Assembly: GCA_050049995.1 (NCBI GenBank)
Contig: JASFVE010000042.1
Span: forward strand, 1-16,516
Length of the DNA stretch: 16,516 bases
From: Chlamydiota bacterium
GTDB lineage: Bacteria > Chlamydiota > Chlamydiia > Chlamydiales > SM23-39
Direction: 5' to 3'
The position numbers were made by a program, and so were the translations under genes. Below the pieces are notes generated by a model that was given only the letters and a program-made list of their open reading frames with translations, was not told the DNA's origin and searched no databases. Positions 15,892 through 16,516 of this stretch are shown here, piece by piece (the first letter of the stretch is position 1; each line of letters begins with the position of its first letter).

Positions 15892-16516
15892 TCACTTCAG
15901 CATAGCTAAATTTTCATAATAGCGAATTAAGTCTCGATATTTTGCAGCATCTTCAAACCGAAGTTCTTTAGCGGCATTTTTCATTTCAATTTTATATTCT
16001 TTAATTTTCTTATCGAGATCTTCCATGTGAGCTTGTGCTTTTTCAGCCTTCTTTTTCTCTTGTAGAATAGTAGTGTCTTCGATAGGCATGCCAAATGTCT
16101 CTTCAAGATTTTCGATTTGTTCTCGCTTTACAGATTTAGGAACTATGCCATGCTTTTGGTTATATTCCATTTGAATCTTTCTTCTTTTCTGGGTTATGTC
16201 AACCGTATTTTGAATGGCTTTAGTCATGCGATCAGCATACATGACAACTCTCCCATGGACATTTCTGGCAGCTCTTCCACATGTTTGAACAAGGGCAGTT
16301 TCACTCCTTAAAAAACCTTCTTTGTCCGCATCTAAAATCACAACTAAAGAAACTTCAGGAATATCTAACCCTTCCCTTAACAAGTTTACGCCTACTAATA
16401 CATCAAAGTTTCCATTTCTTAAATCTTTGATGATGTGCATTCTTTCTAAAGTATCTATATCGGAATGCAGGTATTTAGTTTTCACGCCAATTTCCTGTAA
16501 GTACTTGGATAAATCC
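15892..16516 (-). CDS. uvrB: Excinuclease ABC subunit B, C-terminal part (5'-truncated by the window edge)
   Basis: [46 protein letters not shown] and the C-terminal UVR coil ([14 protein letters not shown]). The frame is open to the window edge ([11 protein letters not shown]...). Confidence 0.97.
   Translation of the reverse strand, partial: DLSKYLQEIGVKTKYLHSDIDTLERMHIIKDLRNGNFDVLVGVNLLREGLDIPEVSLVVILDADKEGFLRSETALVQTCGRAARNVHGRVVMYADRMTKAIQNTVDITQKRRKIQMEYNQKHGIVPKSVKREQIENLEETFGMPIEDTTILQEKKKAEKAQAHMEDLDKKIKEYKIEMKNAAKELRFEDAAKYRDLIRYYENLAMLK

Noticed and set aside
9122..16311. Short + strand ORFs 9122-9307, 12303-12509, 14429-14626, 16117-16311
   Set aside because: Each is antisense to a conserved gene and of chance length.
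1..16516. CRISPR array, tRNA/rRNA, IS/integrase, defence system (three methyltransferases)
   Set aside because: No spaced repeats, RNA-gene signatures or transposase motifs were seen. The methyltransferases lack DNA MTase catalytic motifs (DPPY/NPPY/PCQ).

Overview
This AT-rich bacterial window is almost entirely a surface-glycan / unusual nucleotide-sugar biosynthesis locus. It lies between the 3' part of an ABC half-transporter (candidate glycan flippase) plus a GT-B glycosyltransferase-like gene on the left, and the 3' part of uvrB on the right. The core is an eight-gene minus-strand operon: two extended-SDR epimerase/reductases, a GmhA-like SIS isomerase, a nucleotidyltransferase-PfkB kinase fusion (HldE domains in reversed order), a PDH-E1-like alpha/beta pair without E2/E3, an RmlB-like SDR and a SAM methyltransferase. 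It converges on a plus-strand block (acetolactate-synthase/YerE-like ThDP enzyme, atypical SDR, FkbM methyltransferase), which is divergent from a Zn-dependent MDR dehydrogenase. Several enzymes deviate at canonical catalytic or cofactor residues. The set best fits, by inference, a pathway to a chain-extended/branched, O-methylated higher-carbon NDP-sugar that I cannot match to a characterised pathway. Other points: an FkbM methyltransferase with an apparent signal peptide, several intergenic palindromes (one nested), and a weak UvrB hint at Chlamydiota. I saw no RNA genes, CRISPR arrays or mobile elements. All calls come from reading motifs by eye; no searches were run.
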